Source of the DNA: Bacteroidota bacterium
GTDB lineage: Bacteria > Bacteroidota > Bacteroidia > Bacteroidales > PUMT01
Assembly: GCA_037446695.1 (NCBI GenBank)
Contig: JBBIHY010000011.1
Location: 23,172 to 87,171 of the forward strand
Length of the DNA: 64,000 bases
Direction of reading: 5' to 3'
Shown here: piece after piece, positions 38,598 to 48,742 of the stretch
How the letters are laid out: every line of letters starts with the position of its first letter
Position numbering within the stretch: the first letter of the stretch is position 1
The notes under the pieces: model-generated
What the model was told of the DNA's origin: nothing
The model's database searches: none
Seen by the model: only the letters and a program-made list of their open reading frames with translations
Position numbers and translations under genes: made by a program

Positions 38598-38626
38598 AAA
38601 AACCCCCGATTGCAGGGGGTTTTGTT
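38594..38626. terminator. bidirectional rho-independent terminator between clpX and convergent lipoprotein gene
   Basis: The hairpin AACCCCC-GATTGCA-GGGGGTT is flanked by A7 upstream and TTGTT downstream. Read on the minus strand, the T-run is strong. Confidence 0.75.
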
Positions 38627-38636
38627 CGAAAGAAGT

Positions 38637-39476
38637 TTACCGTCTGCCCAGCCTGATCCTTTTTGTTTCCCCGTTTACGGTAATTGTGGCAATATTGTCG
38701 CATGTTCCATCTCCGTAATCCAGAATTGCATCTGAACGGCCTGCTATCTGAATCAAAACAGAACCCTGCACAATAAAGCGGCAATTCATTTTTACAATAA
38801 GCGGTGTTTGAACAGTCACCGTGAACTCTTTCTGGAATCTGTTCACACCATTTGTATACCCGGTAATTTCATAAACATCATCCTGGATAACGGATTTGGT
38901 GTTTTCTCCGGCTACCCATTCTCTCTCGCGCACAGATTCCCACTGGAATGTAAGACCTTCAGGGGAAGTGATTTGGGCGCCTTTCACCTCAATTTTCCAA
39001 TACATGTTGCCATTATCCCTGCGGCCCATGTTGGTGATGGTTTTTGTACCCTCAACTTTAAATCCGTTTACTGTAAAGTTTTCAAAGGAAACTACCTTAA
39101 CAGAACCTTCCGTACGGTGTCTGCCGGTAATAAAAATGATAATTTTTCCGGTACGAACATTCCCTTCGGGACCTTCACAGCCAATTTCTCCAAAATCAGT
39201 TGTAATGGTTTTAGGAAAATTTGGTCCTACCGGGTCAACGGTAACTGCAGGACAACTGGTTGTTGTTTCACCGTCACCTGATTTTAAACCGAAGGCTGAG
39301 TTCTCACCCAATTCAATCTGGGCAAAAACATCATCAAAAATAGAGGTTGCCACGGCTTCTTCCTGAACTGTTTCCAGAATTTCCGGATTGACTTCCACTT
39401 CCTTCTTGCAGGAGTGAAATAACATTGCTCCACTTAGCAGGAGCGCTGTTAAAAAAATCGATTTAGTTGGCTTCAT
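38637..39476 (-). CDS. lipoprotein of unknown function, paralog 1
   Basis: The 279-aa ORF has a signal peptide plus lipobox Cys (MLFHSC). It is collinear with 39648-40466 and shares blocks such as MYWKIEVKxAQITSPE and SVREREWxAGENT. Confidence 0.75.
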   Translation of the reverse strand: MKPTKSIFLTALLLSGAMLFHSCKKEVEVNPEILETVQEEAVATSIFDDVFAQIELGENSAFGLKSGDGETTTSCPAVTVDPVGPNFPKTITTDFGEIGCEGPEGNVRTGKIIIFITGRHRTEGSVKVVSFENFTVNGFKVEGTKTITNMGRRDNGNMYWKIEVKGAQITSPEGLTFQWESVREREWVAGENTKSVIQDDVYEITGYTNGVNRFQKEFTVTVQTPLIVKMNCRFIVQGSVLIQIAGRSDAILDYGDGTCDNIATITVNGETKRIRLGRR

Positions 39477-39647
39477 GTTTCAAAAATTTAAATAAATAAT
39501 TAATTTCCTGAACAAACATACATGCGCGAAAATGAAGAAATCATGAAATTTTGAATTTGAGTTTTTTTCCGGGAAATGAATATCATGAAAAAGTAAAAGG
39601 CTGTGACTATATCTCCTGCCACAGCCTTTCGTTTTCTTAAGAACAGA

Positions 39648-40466
39648 TTAGAGTTTTATTACGCGCGTAACCCCTTTTACTGTAATTGAGGCTGTGTCGT
39701 CGCATTTTCCCAACCCATAATCAATTAAAGCATCGGGGAAGCCTTCCAGTTGTAAATGAAGGCTGCCTGCAGTAATATAAGGACAAATAAGCTTGATTAA
39801 CAAAGGATTTACAGTAGAAATAGAAAATTCAAGTCCGTATTGGTTTATTCCTGAGGTTGTTCCGGTTATTTGATATTGGTCATCCAAAAGAAGACGAGGG
39901 GTGTTTTCTCCAGCTATCCATTCCCTTTCCCTTACCGATTGCCACTGGAAAGCATAATCCTCAGGGGAGGTAATTTGTGCTTCTTTAACTTCAATTTTCC
40001 AGTACATTTTTTGATTTGGCCTGCGTCCCATATTGGTAACTTTAATGGTTCCTTCCACTGAGAAACCGTTAACTGAAAATGCATCAAATGAAACGGTTTT
40101 GATCGAGCCCTCTTCCAAATGCCTGTTAGTGAGTGTAAAAATTATCTTACCCTTTCTGATTACCCCATACTCATCTGAACATCCATCAGTTCCAAAATCA
40201 ATGGTGATGATTTTTGGGAAACTGGTTCCCTCCATAGTAATTAGCGGGCATGTGGCGTTATTATCTCCTAAAAGAGATTTTTGAAAAGCAGAATTCTCCC
40301 CGTTTTCCATTACAATAAGAATGTTTTCGAAAACGGCTGTAGCAATTGCTTCCTCTCTTGCAGTGTCAATAATTTTTTTGTCAACGGATTCATCCTTCTG
40401 GCAGGACTGGAAAAGTATCATTCCTGAAAACAGAAGAAAAATGAGGATTGATTTTAATGTTTTCAT
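39648..40466 (-). CDS. lipoprotein of unknown function, paralog 2
   Basis: The start is taken at the internal ATG (MKTLKSILIFLLFSGMILFQSC), which gives a canonical lipoprotein signal. It is a full-length paralog of 38637-39476. Confidence 0.75.
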   Translation of the reverse strand: MKTLKSILIFLLFSGMILFQSCQKDESVDKKIIDTAREEAIATAVFENILIVMENGENSAFQKSLLGDNNATCPLITMEGTSFPKIITIDFGTDGCSDEYGVIRKGKIIFTLTNRHLEEGSIKTVSFDAFSVNGFSVEGTIKVTNMGRRPNQKMYWKIEVKEAQITSPEDYAFQWQSVREREWIAGENTPRLLLDDQYQITGTTSGINQYGLEFSISTVNPLLIKLICPYITAGSLHLQLEGFPDALIDYGLGKCDDTASITVKGVTRVIKL

Positions 40467-40599
40467 ATTAAAAGATTTAATAATTAGCTGTGAAATTATA
40501 ATCATTATCATGAAGTTTTCTTGAAAAATGATAGTATATGTTACGAATCGGGAGGCTATATTGTTTCAGGAGGTTTCATTGAAAAAAATTTGACAGCAC

Positions 40600-41088
40600 T
40601 CAGGTGTTTCTTTCAAGATTGAGGTTGCTGTATGAAAAAGGTAATTTACCATCTGCCGGAATGGTTTCCTCGAAGTTTATTCTCCAATCAACGGGATTAA
40701 TTTCAGGGAAAAAAGTATCTCCCGGGAAGGATTGATGGATTTTGGTAAGGTATAGTTTTTGTGCTACTGGCAGGGCCTGCCGGTAAATTTCACCTCCGCC
40801 GATGATGAAAATTTCTTTCTCATGCCTGAGATCATGCAAGGCCACCTCAAGTGAACTATATACGAGACATCCCTCAGCTTTATAATTCTTATTTCGACTG
40901 ATAATCACATTGGTTCTGCCGGGGAGTGGCTTGCCAATAGACTCAAAGGTTTTTCTTCCCATAACTATGGAATGGCCCATTGTGATGGACTTGAATCGTT
41001 TCAGGTCGCCGGGAATATGCCATATAAGCCGGTTGTCACTGCCAATGACACCGTTCTCAGCTACAGCAACTATAATGGATACAATCAT
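40600..41088 (-). CDS. folA: dihydrofolate reductase
   Basis: The 162-aa ORF has the DHFR pattern (IVAVAENGVIG, LIWHIPGDLKRFK, MGRKTFESIGKPLPGRTN, IGGGEIY). It is adjacent to thyA. Confidence 0.95.
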   Translation of the reverse strand: MIVSIIVAVAENGVIGSDNRLIWHIPGDLKRFKSITMGHSIVMGRKTFESIGKPLPGRTNVIISRNKNYKAEGCLVYSSLEVALHDLRHEKEIFIIGGGEIYRQALPVAQKLYLTKIHQSFPGDTFFPEINPVDWRINFEETIPADGKLPFSYSNLNLERNT

Positions 41089-41099
41089 GAGAATTTCCT

Positions 41100-41894
41100 T
41101 TACACCGAAATATCACCCCTGATGTGCGAATGAGCCTTATAATTAATAAAGGTAAAATCTTCGTACTTAAAATCATCTATGCTTTTTACAGTCCTGTTTA
41201 TTTGTAAACGGGGCAGTTCAAAAGGCTCCCTGGTGAGTTGGAGTTTAACTTGTTCCAGGTGGTTAAGGTAAATGTGGGCATCTCCAAGTGTATGAATGAA
41301 ATCTCCTGGTTTCAGGCCAGTAACATGGGCAACCATATGAGTCAAAAGTGAATAGGAGGCTATATTGAAAGGTAATCCCAGGAAGACATCGGCGCTGCGC
41401 TGGTAAAGCTGACAGGATAATTTCCCCTCTGCCACATAGAACTGAAAAAGAATATGACAGGGTGGAAGAGCCATATTTTCGAGATTTCCAACATTCCATG
41501 CACTCACAATATGGCGACGGGAATCAGGATTTTTTCGAACAGACTCAACAATTGAGTTTATCTGATCAATATTGTGTCCGCTGTATGAAGGCCATGAGCG
41601 CCATTGGTAACCGTAAATGGGGCCCAGGTTTCCCTCCTTGTCTGCCCAGGCATCCCATATTTTGACCTTGTTTGCATTCAGGTAAGCAATGTTGGTTTCT
41701 CCTTTCAGAAACCACAACAATTCATGAACAATAGAAGGGATATGGAGTTTTTTTGTGGTCATCAATGGAAAACCTTCTTCCAGGTCGAATCGCATCTGGT
41801 AACCAAATACACTGATTGTGCCGGTACCTGTACGGTCCTTCTTTTTGGTTCCTTTTTCGAGAATGTGGTTTAAAAGGTTGATGTACTGATGCAT
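41100..41894 (-). CDS. thyA: thymidylate synthase
   Basis: The 264-aa ORF has the ThyA pattern (DRTGTGT, active-site [23 protein letters not shown]). Confidence 0.97.
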   Translation of the reverse strand: MHQYINLLNHILEKGTKKKDRTGTGTISVFGYQMRFDLEEGFPLMTTKKLHIPSIVHELLWFLKGETNIAYLNANKVKIWDAWADKEGNLGPIYGYQWRSWPSYSGHNIDQINSIVESVRKNPDSRRHIVSAWNVGNLENMALPPCHILFQFYVAEGKLSCQLYQRSADVFLGLPFNIASYSLLTHMVAHVTGLKPGDFIHTLGDAHIYLNHLEQVKLQLTREPFELPRLQINRTVKSIDDFKYEDFTFINYKAHSHIRGDISV

Positions 41895-41959
41895 AATGCT
41901 TTTTTCAGTGGATGGATGACAGATTTCACAAATATATTTTCATTTGACTTAAATCGAAA

Positions 41960-43093
41960 CTAATTTTTTTCAACCTTTAGTTTATAAATTACATTTCTGT
42001 TTTTCAGATAGTCAATGATAAATTCTGCATTGCTTTTGGTTAAGCCAAGTTCCTCGGGAGGGAAAACTCCTTTTTTCGTAAACATTTCGTTCAGCACCAG
42101 GTTAACGGCAGCAGTGCAGGTATAGCCAGTTGTTCTGGCCATGGATGTTGTATTTGTTTTTTTATCAAACCTGTCAAATAGTGTATAATGATAAGTAAGT
42201 TTTTGTCCATTTTCCATACCCGATATAATCACTTTCATAATGGTGAAGTCTTCTTCACCGGGCCGGAGTTGCCATTTTGGAAACAGCAATTTGGCCGTAA
42301 GGTCAATCGGCCTTATTATATTCCCATTCACCTCCACTTCATCGTAGCTGAAAAACCCGGCTTCTCTTAACACCTTCAGGTATTCCACGCAGCCGGGATA
42401 CCTCAGTGTTTTTTCAATCATATTCCGAATCCTGAAACTCTTCATCAGGGATCTTAGCCCGTCAGAATTCCAGGCCTCAAGAGTACCACATTCTTCAAAG
42501 TAAATATGTTCTGCATCACTAAGTGCCTCTTTTATCACCATATCCCCATTTACAATAAACCTTGCCGGCCTGGTATATTCCTCAATTACATCGATTGGAG
42601 AGAATACTGCCTTATATTCAAAAGGCCATTCCCTAATAAAGGGTAAACCACCAACATAACATGTATAGTCGCTTACCTCCATATCCAATGAATGGCAGGC
42701 CAGCAGGATATTCCCCATTCCGGGAGCTACACCGCAGTCGTAGACTGCAGTCACATTGTTCCTGTATGCCAGTTCGTTCAAATCTGCCGGATCTTCCGGA
42801 AGAAACGAAATATCAATAATGTCTTTACCGCATTCAATTGCTGTTCGCATCGTCTGGTGACCCATAAAACCGGGGAGGGCACCAATCACTATGTCGGCAT
42901 CCTGAATTGCAGAAATCATTGATTGTCTTTCTGAAAGATTTGTTTTAACGGTTTTTATTCTCTCGTTTTGGAGGTTTAACAACTTCCCCCCATCCTTGTC
43001 GTGAACGGTAATATCAAAATCATTTGCAAGGTCTAAGGCAATGGCTTTTCCTACAAGTCCTGCACCCAGTAAAACTATTTTCTTCTTTGTCAT
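41960..43093 (-). CDS. saccharopine dehydrogenase family oxidoreductase
   Basis: The 377-aa ORF has an N-terminal Rossmann fold (VLLGAGLVGKAIA). Its C-terminal domain is typical of the saccharopine / carboxynorspermidine dehydrogenase family. The substrate cannot be determined from sequence. Confidence 0.7.
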   Translation of the reverse strand: MTKKKIVLLGAGLVGKAIALDLANDFDITVHDKDGGKLLNLQNERIKTVKTNLSERQSMISAIQDADIVIGALPGFMGHQTMRTAIECGKDIIDISFLPEDPADLNELAYRNNVTAVYDCGVAPGMGNILLACHSLDMEVSDYTCYVGGLPFIREWPFEYKAVFSPIDVIEEYTRPARFIVNGDMVIKEALSDAEHIYFEECGTLEAWNSDGLRSLMKSFRIRNMIEKTLRYPGCVEYLKVLREAGFFSYDEVEVNGNIIRPIDLTAKLLFPKWQLRPGEEDFTIMKVIISGMENGQKLTYHYTLFDRFDKKTNTTSMARTTGYTCTAAVNLVLNEMFTKKGVFPPEELGLTKSNAEFIIDYLKNRNVIYKLKVEKN

Positions 43094-43190
43094 TGATGCT
43101 TAATTATTATTGTTTAGCTTGTTCAAAAGTAAGGCATAAAGAGCAGAAACAGTAATATTTCAGTAAAGTTCCTGCAGAAAATAAAAATTT

Positions 43191-43351
43191 CGGATGAAAC
43201 ACCCATGATAATACCCAGGTCCAAACACGGATGAACAAACTATGGGTGTTCCCTGTCTGTCGTCAGGCAGGCATCAGTTTGTTAAAGAGCATTAATCGAT
43301 AAGGTGTAACATACTTGTAATTAATAACATAAATTTTTTGTACGGATGAAA
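43191..43351 (-). repeat. inverted-orientation copy of structured intergenic repeat (with GC-rich insert)
   Basis: The reverse complement aligns along its full length with unit 3 of the 32107-32495 array. The linker TTATGTT(A/G)TTAATTACAAG(T/C)ATGTTACACCTT is present. The arms are CGGATGAAACACCCAT (43191-43206) and ATGGGTGTTC (43242-43251), and the insert is at 43252-43271. Confidence 0.88.
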
Positions 43352-43354
43352 TCC

Positions 43355-44935
43355 TTAGAAAAGGCTTAAAATCTGGACAAAAATAATGAGTGCCACCATA
43401 GCAACAGGGTAAACCGTAGCATAGGCAACATGTGCCAGGTTGTTACGGGTCATCGGGTCAATTGCTGCCAGGCCAGGGGTACTGGTCATCCCGCCGGTAA
43501 TTATTCCAAGCAGGCTGAAAATATTTATTTTCAGCACATAGTGGCCAATTAAAGCAGCTGTTATCATTGGAACGAAAGTAATTGCTGCACCTGCCACAAA
43601 CAGTATGTAACCATAAGACTGGTAGGTTTCAACCAGATGTGCGCCTGCATTGGTTCCAACCGAAGCAAGGAAAAAGAATAACCCCAGTTGCCTGAGCAAT
43701 TGGTTTGCCGATGCAGACATAGACCAGACTATGGGACCTGTTTTGCCGATATTACCCAGAAAAAGGGCTACAAAAAGAATACCACCGGAGAGGCCGGGAG
43801 TAAAGCTGAAATCAGGCGAAAAAACAATATTTATTTTACCGAACAGGATTCCCAGTACAATGCCTGCTGCTATCGGAAAAAAATCTGTGTCAGAAAGTTT
43901 TCTGTCCTCGTTCCCGAAAAGCTTGGTCACCGCCCCCATGTGATCTTTATGGCAGGCGATGAGGAGTTTATCACCAAAATTGATAACTGAAGAAGCATTG
44001 GGTGTAATATCTATACCGCTTCGCCTGATTCTGGTGATGGTAGCTGAGTAGTTAGAAAGAAGGTTAAGCTGTCCTATAGTTTTATTAACTACCTGTTTGT
44101 TGGTGACCAGGATGGACTGGATATCATAGTTGTCACCCAGCGGAATCTCTTCCTTTATCGGTTTACCTATAAGTAACTCTAACTTTTCCAGTGACTTTTT
44201 TGTGCCAACACCTTTAATAATGTCTCCCTGGTGTAAAACAGTCATTGCTGTGGGAGTAAAAGCCTCCAGGAGGTGTTTCACCCTGGAAATATTGGCTCCT
44301 GTCATTGTTCTTATATTGAGAGAACCAATAGTCTTTCCATAAACATTCGGATTTTCCACAAGGAAATGCTTATTGATGATTTCGGGATACACTGATTGTT
44401 GTTCCTGCACAACAACTGATTCTGCTTTTACAAGGTTTATTCGTAACAACCCCGGCAGAAGCCTTACAAAAAGAATAACACCCAATACACCAAAGGGGTA
44501 GGCAACGCCATACCCGATAGATGCAAGAGGGGATTTTGTGCTGTCAATTGCTGCTGCAAGCCCAGGCGAACTGGTTAATGCCCCTGTGAGCAATCCTACT
44601 GCCACCTTGTGGTCAATGTCAAGGGCATACATCAGAACAAAAGCGGAAAGAGCCGCTGTAAACACCAGCAACAATGCTGTCCCTACCAGCTTAATCCCCT
44701 GCTTTTGAAAAGATTGAAAAAACCCCGGTCCGGCCTGAATCCCAATGGTAAAAACAAAAAGAATAAGCCCAAGATGCTGAAAATCAGAAGAAAGTTCTAC
44801 CCCAAAGTGACCAAAAAGCAGAGCTACAAAAATAATTGCTGAGATATCAAGGGAAATTCCGCGAATTTTAATTTTCCCAAGTAAAAAACCGAGAGTAATT
44901 ATTAAGAAAAGGGCAAAGTAACTGGTAAAGGGCAT
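43355..44935 (-). CDS. AAE-family (YidE/YbjL-like) transporter with two central RCK_C/TrkA_C domains
   Basis: There are two polytopic halves flanking two TrkA_C-like domains (GKTIGSLNIRTMTGANISRV and NKTIGQLNLLSNYSATITRI). The start is taken at the internal ATG (MPFTSYFALFLI). Confidence 0.75.
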   Translation of the reverse strand: MPFTSYFALFLIITLGFLLGKIKIRGISLDISAIIFVALLFGHFGVELSSDFQHLGLILFVFTIGIQAGPGFFQSFQKQGIKLVGTALLLVFTAALSAFVLMYALDIDHKVAVGLLTGALTSSPGLAAAIDSTKSPLASIGYGVAYPFGVLGVILFVRLLPGLLRINLVKAESVVVQEQQSVYPEIINKHFLVENPNVYGKTIGSLNIRTMTGANISRVKHLLEAFTPTAMTVLHQGDIIKGVGTKKSLEKLELLIGKPIKEEIPLGDNYDIQSILVTNKQVVNKTIGQLNLLSNYSATITRIRRSGIDITPNASSVINFGDKLLIACHKDHMGAVTKLFGNEDRKLSDTDFFPIAAGIVLGILFGKINIVFSPDFSFTPGLSGGILFVALFLGNIGKTGPIVWSMSASANQLLRQLGLFFFLASVGTNAGAHLVETYQSYGYILFVAGAAITFVPMITAALIGHYVLKINIFSLLGIITGGMTSTPGLAAIDPMTRNNLAHVAYATVYPVAMVALIIFVQILSLF

Positions 44936-45118
44936 TTTTTTGAAGATTTTCAAGGCAAAAGTAGGAAATCCCCAGAGATTTGAGGTCAATTTCTGAATTG
45001 GTAAAAAAATGCCGCAAATATTTTTTCATTTAAAAATTTATTAAAATTGTATTCAGGAATGTACTATTGCAGAAATGTTTTATTTTTTTATCATTTAAAA
45101 ACCAACTAAATTTTTGTG

Positions 45119-45361
45119 ATGAAGTCGAAAAAAATGTTTGGTGCACCGGGTGACGATTTTGATAGTGCATCATACAAGGGGAAGAAAAAGCACAAATTGT
45201 CCCCCGTGAAAAAGCAAAAATCCAACCGCAACCAGTTTCTTGATGAGTTGGACGAGTTTGATGAAGATGAAATTTTCCTTGAGGAGGATCGGGAGGAATT
45301 TATAGAGGAAAATTTTGAAACAGATTTTGAGGATAGCGATGACGGATTTAAGGACAGGTAA
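45119..45361 (+). CDS. small bipartite basic/acidic hypothetical protein
   Basis: The 80-aa ORF has a Lys-rich N-terminal half and a strongly acidic D/E/F-rich C-terminal half. A strong terminator follows directly. Confidence 0.5.
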   Translation: MKSKKMFGAPGDDFDSASYKGKKKHKLSPVKKQKSNRNQFLDELDEFDEDEIFLEEDREEFIEENFETDFEDSDDGFKDR

Positions 45362-45365
45362 AATG

Positions 45366-45389
45366 AAAATCCCCGTAAGGGGATTTTTA
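45366..45389 (+). terminator. rho-independent terminator
   Basis: The stem AAAATCCCC-GTAA-GGGGATTTT is followed by T/A-rich sequence. Confidence 0.75.
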
Positions 45390-45562
45390 ATTAATCACCT
45401 GATTGTCAGGTTTTGTTTTTGTTGCCTTAACAACCAAAGCCTCACAAATTGAAGAATGCCAGAAATTACTCTTGACAATACTTTATTTTTTCTTAACTTG
45501 CTTCTCCAAAAATCGCCATGCAAGTTGCCAGGTATGGTAATTTGTGGTCAAATTCAAAAAAA

Positions 45563-45961
45563 ATGCCAGAATCAGGAGGCAGACTAATTTTTTTTGTCGA
45601 TGATGACAGGGTTATACTAAACCTTGTTGAATATATTTTCCAGAGCAAGAATGGTTACAGGGTTAGGACATTTGCATCGGGGGAAGAGTGTCTGGAAAAC
45701 CTTCACCTGAACCCAGATTTGCTTGTTCTGGATTACTATTTTGCGGATAACGGGAATACTGCCATGGATGGACTTGAAATTTTGAAGAAAGTAAAGGCCA
45801 AAAATGAAAATATTCCTGTAATCGTTCTGTCCGGGATTGCAGGTGAGGCAATTCGTGACGAATTCTTGGCAATGGGAGCAAAAAGTTTCATTCCCAAAAA
45901 TAATTTCTTTATTGATGTACTTGAACAGGCCATTTCTGAAGAATTAATTAATAACAATTAA
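45563..45961 (+). CDS. stand-alone response regulator receiver protein (CheY-like)
   Basis: The receiver motifs are FFVDDD, LVLDYYF (phospho-Asp), VLSG and IPK. There is no output domain. The start is uncertain (45518 or 45563). Confidence 0.8.
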   Translation: MPESGGRLIFFVDDDRVILNLVEYIFQSKNGYRVRTFASGEECLENLHLNPDLLVLDYYFADNGNTAMDGLEILKKVKAKNENIPVIVLSGIAGEAIRDEFLAMGAKSFIPKNNFFIDVLEQAISEELINNN

Positions 45962-47766
45962 TTCAGAGCCTGCTTTGCCATTCTTTTTCTGTCATTTTCA
46001 TCCAGGTAGATTTTTCTCAAACGGATGGCATTAGGTGTTACCTCAACATATTCGTCCTCCTGAATATATTCCAATGCTTCTTCGAGGGTAAACACCAAAG
46101 GTGGAGCAATTTTAACTTTTTCATCCGCCCCGGATGCCCTGAAGTTCGTCAGTTTTTTCGATTTTGTGACATTCAGAACCAGGTCACCCTGCCGTGTACT
46201 TTCTCCAATAACCTGTCCCTCATAGACCTCTTCGCCGGGATAAATAAAGAATTTACCCCTGTCCTTCAGTTTGTCAATAGAGTAAGCAAAGGCGGTTCCT
46301 GTTTCCATGGCTATCAGTGATCCGTTCTGCCTGCTTTCGATCTCTCCCCTTAAAGTTTCAAATTCCCTGAAACGATGGGAAATTACAGCTTCACCAGCAG
46401 TTGCGGTCAGCAGTATGTTGCGGAGACCAATAATGCCACGAGAGGGAATGTTAAATTCAAGGTGAACCCTGTCAGCCTTTCTTTCCATATTTAAAAGTTC
46501 CCCGCGGCGACGGGTTACATATTCTATTGCTTTTCCTGCGTATTCTTCAGGCAAATCGATGGTAAGGATTTCAATCGGTTCACATTTTTCTCCACCAATG
46601 TTTTTGATAATTACCCTGGGCTGCCCTACCTGGAGTTCATAACCTTCACGTCGCATGGTTTCAATCAGGACAGAAAGGTGCAATACCCCACGACCATAAA
46701 CTGTAAAAGAGTCAGAATCATTTGACTTGTGCACACGAAGGGCAAGATTTTTTTCCAGTTCTTTTTCCAGTCTTTCCTGAAGATGCCGCGAAGTGACATA
46801 TTTCCCTTCCCTGCCGTAGAAAGGGGAGTTATTGATCGTGAAAACCATACTGATTGTAGGTTCATCCACCGAAATGGGGTCCAGCCCTTCCGGCTCAAGT
46901 GAATCAGCTATTGTGTCACCAATGTCAAAGTTTTCAATACCTACAATGGCGCATATGTCTCCACAGGCAACGGAATCCACCTTCCTTTTTTCCAAACCTT
47001 CGAAGGTCATTAGTTCCTTTATCCTGGTTCTTATTATTGTTCCTTCTTTTTTTACAAGAGCAACCGGACTGTTTTTTAAAAGCGTTCCCCGGTGCAGTCT
47101 GCCAATAGCAATTCTTCCCACGTAAGAAGAATAATCAAGAGAGGTAATCAGCATCTGAGGTGTACCCTCAATAAGTTTTGGAGAAGGAATCTCCCTGATG
47201 ATACATTCAAGCAGGGCGGTGATGTCTTTCGTGGGGGTTTTCCAGTCATCCGACATCCAGCCTTCTTTTGAAGAACCGTAAATTGTAGGGAAGTCGAGTT
47301 GGGTTTCTGAGGCATCCAGGCTGATCATCAAATCAAAAATCTCCTCCTGTACTACTTCAGGCCGGCAATTGGGTTTATCCACCTTATTGATTACAACAAT
47401 CGGTTTTAAACCCATTTGAAGTGCTTTCTGCAAAACAAACCTGGTTTGTGGCATTGGCCCCTCAAAAGCGTCTACAAGCAACAGAACACCGTCGGCCATG
47501 TTTAATACCCGCTCAACTTCTCCGCCAAAATCGGCGTGGCCAGGGGTGTCAATAATGTTGATTTTAATCCCTTTATAATTGACTGAAACATTTTTAGCAA
47601 GAATGGTAATACCTCTTTCCCTTTCAAGATCATTGCTGTCCATAATAAGTTCCCCGGGGTTTTCATGGTCTTTGAAGATTTTACAGGCAAAAAGAAGCTT
47701 GTCCACCAGCGTGGTTTTACCGTGGTCAACGTGTGCAATTATGGCAATGTTTCTAATATTGGTCAT
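45958..47766 (-). CDS. typA: translational GTPase TypA/BipA
   Basis: The 602-aa ORF has a G domain ([21 protein letters not shown]) and EF-G-like domains with a BipA-specific C-terminus. Confidence 0.96.
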   Translation of the reverse strand: MTNIRNIAIIAHVDHGKTTLVDKLLFACKIFKDHENPGELIMDSNDLERERGITILAKNVSVNYKGIKINIIDTPGHADFGGEVERVLNMADGVLLLVDAFEGPMPQTRFVLQKALQMGLKPIVVINKVDKPNCRPEVVQEEIFDLMISLDASETQLDFPTIYGSSKEGWMSDDWKTPTKDITALLECIIREIPSPKLIEGTPQMLITSLDYSSYVGRIAIGRLHRGTLLKNSPVALVKKEGTIIRTRIKELMTFEGLEKRKVDSVACGDICAIVGIENFDIGDTIADSLEPEGLDPISVDEPTISMVFTINNSPFYGREGKYVTSRHLQERLEKELEKNLALRVHKSNDSDSFTVYGRGVLHLSVLIETMRREGYELQVGQPRVIIKNIGGEKCEPIEILTIDLPEEYAGKAIEYVTRRRGELLNMERKADRVHLEFNIPSRGIIGLRNILLTATAGEAVISHRFREFETLRGEIESRQNGSLIAMETGTAFAYSIDKLKDRGKFFIYPGEEVYEGQVIGESTRQGDLVLNVTKSKKLTNFRASGADEKVKIAPPLVFTLEEALEYIQEDEYVEVTPNAIRLRKIYLDENDRKRMAKQALN

Positions 47767-47949
47767 ACAAAAAAATGAGGCCGCAAATTTACTCCAGTAA
47801 AACGGTTTTTTTCAATGTATTACCATAATTTTTATGAATTGCCTGCGTGGATTTTTCATTGTGAACGGGAATTCTTCGGAAACACTCTATTTGAAGGAAT
47901 AATTTGGCGGCAGGCATTTTCTTTTTTTATTTGATATTAATTTATACTT

Positions 47950-48513
47950 TTGCACGATAATTTTTTTAGGAAATTGTCATTTTCAGGCAAATACACAATT
48001 CAATTCAAGGGACTGAAAAACGGACAGCATCCTTATGAATTTGAGTTAAACGAAAAGTTCTTTGCGTTTTTTGCAAATACTGAAGTTGATAAAGGAAATT
48101 TACTTGCAAAAGTACTGATGTTTAAGAAAACGGGTCTGCTGGAACTGGATATGACTATCCAGGGTACCGTTAATGTTTTGTGCGACCGGTGCCTCGAGAA
48201 ATTTGATTTACCTCTGAACTATCAGGGATGTTTGTTTGTAAAGTTTTCCGAAAGTGAAACAGAATCTGAGGATCCGGACGTAATTTTTCTTCATCCGGAG
48301 GCTCATCAGATTGATCTTTCCGGCTACTTGTATGAAAGTATTATTTTAAGCCTGCCCTACCGTAAAGTTCATCCCGAAGGAAAAAAGGCCCAGATTACAT
48401 GTAATCCCGAAATGATACAAAAGCTCAAGAAGATTGTTGTTACAGGCAAAAAAGAAACCGATCCCCGCTGGGATAAACTGAAAGAATTAAAAGAAGATAA
48501 AAACGAACATTAA
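47950..48513 (+). CDS. yceD: YceD-family (DUF177) protein
   Basis: The ORF sits immediately upstream of rpmF, as in the conserved yceD-rpmF-plsX-fabH cluster. It contains the CDRCLE motif. The start is TTG and is uncertain. Confidence 0.75.
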   Translation: MHDNFFRKLSFSGKYTIQFKGLKNGQHPYEFELNEKFFAFFANTEVDKGNLLAKVLMFKKTGLLELDMTIQGTVNVLCDRCLEKFDLPLNYQGCLFVKFSESETESEDPDVIFLHPEAHQIDLSGYLYESIILSLPYRKVHPEGKKAQITCNPEMIQKLKKIVVTGKKETDPRWDKLKELKEDKNEH

Positions 48514-48525
48514 ATTTAAATAGAA

Positions 48526-48711
48526 ATGCCACATCCGAAACGTAAGCATTCAAAGCAAAGAAGAGACAAGCGCAGAACTCATGATAAGGCCGAGGTTCCA
48601 ACCCTTTCGACCTGTTCAAATTGTGGGGCTGCTGTGCAGTACCACAGGGTATGTCCTGAGTGCGGACATTACAGAGGTAAACAGGCCATTGAAAAAGAGG
48701 TCGCTTCCTGA
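48526..48711 (+). CDS. rpmF: 50S ribosomal protein L32
   Basis: The 61-aa ORF begins MPHPKRKHSKQRRDKRR and has the zinc-ribbon pair CSNCG...CPECG. Confidence 0.95.
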   Translation: MPHPKRKHSKQRRDKRRTHDKAEVPTLSTCSNCGAAVQYHRVCPECGHYRGKQAIEKEVAS

Positions 48712-48742
48712 AAGATGTTATAAAAATCCCTAATCTGACAAT

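Noticed and set aside
38808-39366. Two plus-strand ORFs of about 156 aa overlapping the lipoprotein gene.
   Set aside because: The minus-strand reading has a lipoprotein signal and a full-length paralog next door. The plus-strand ORFs have neither.
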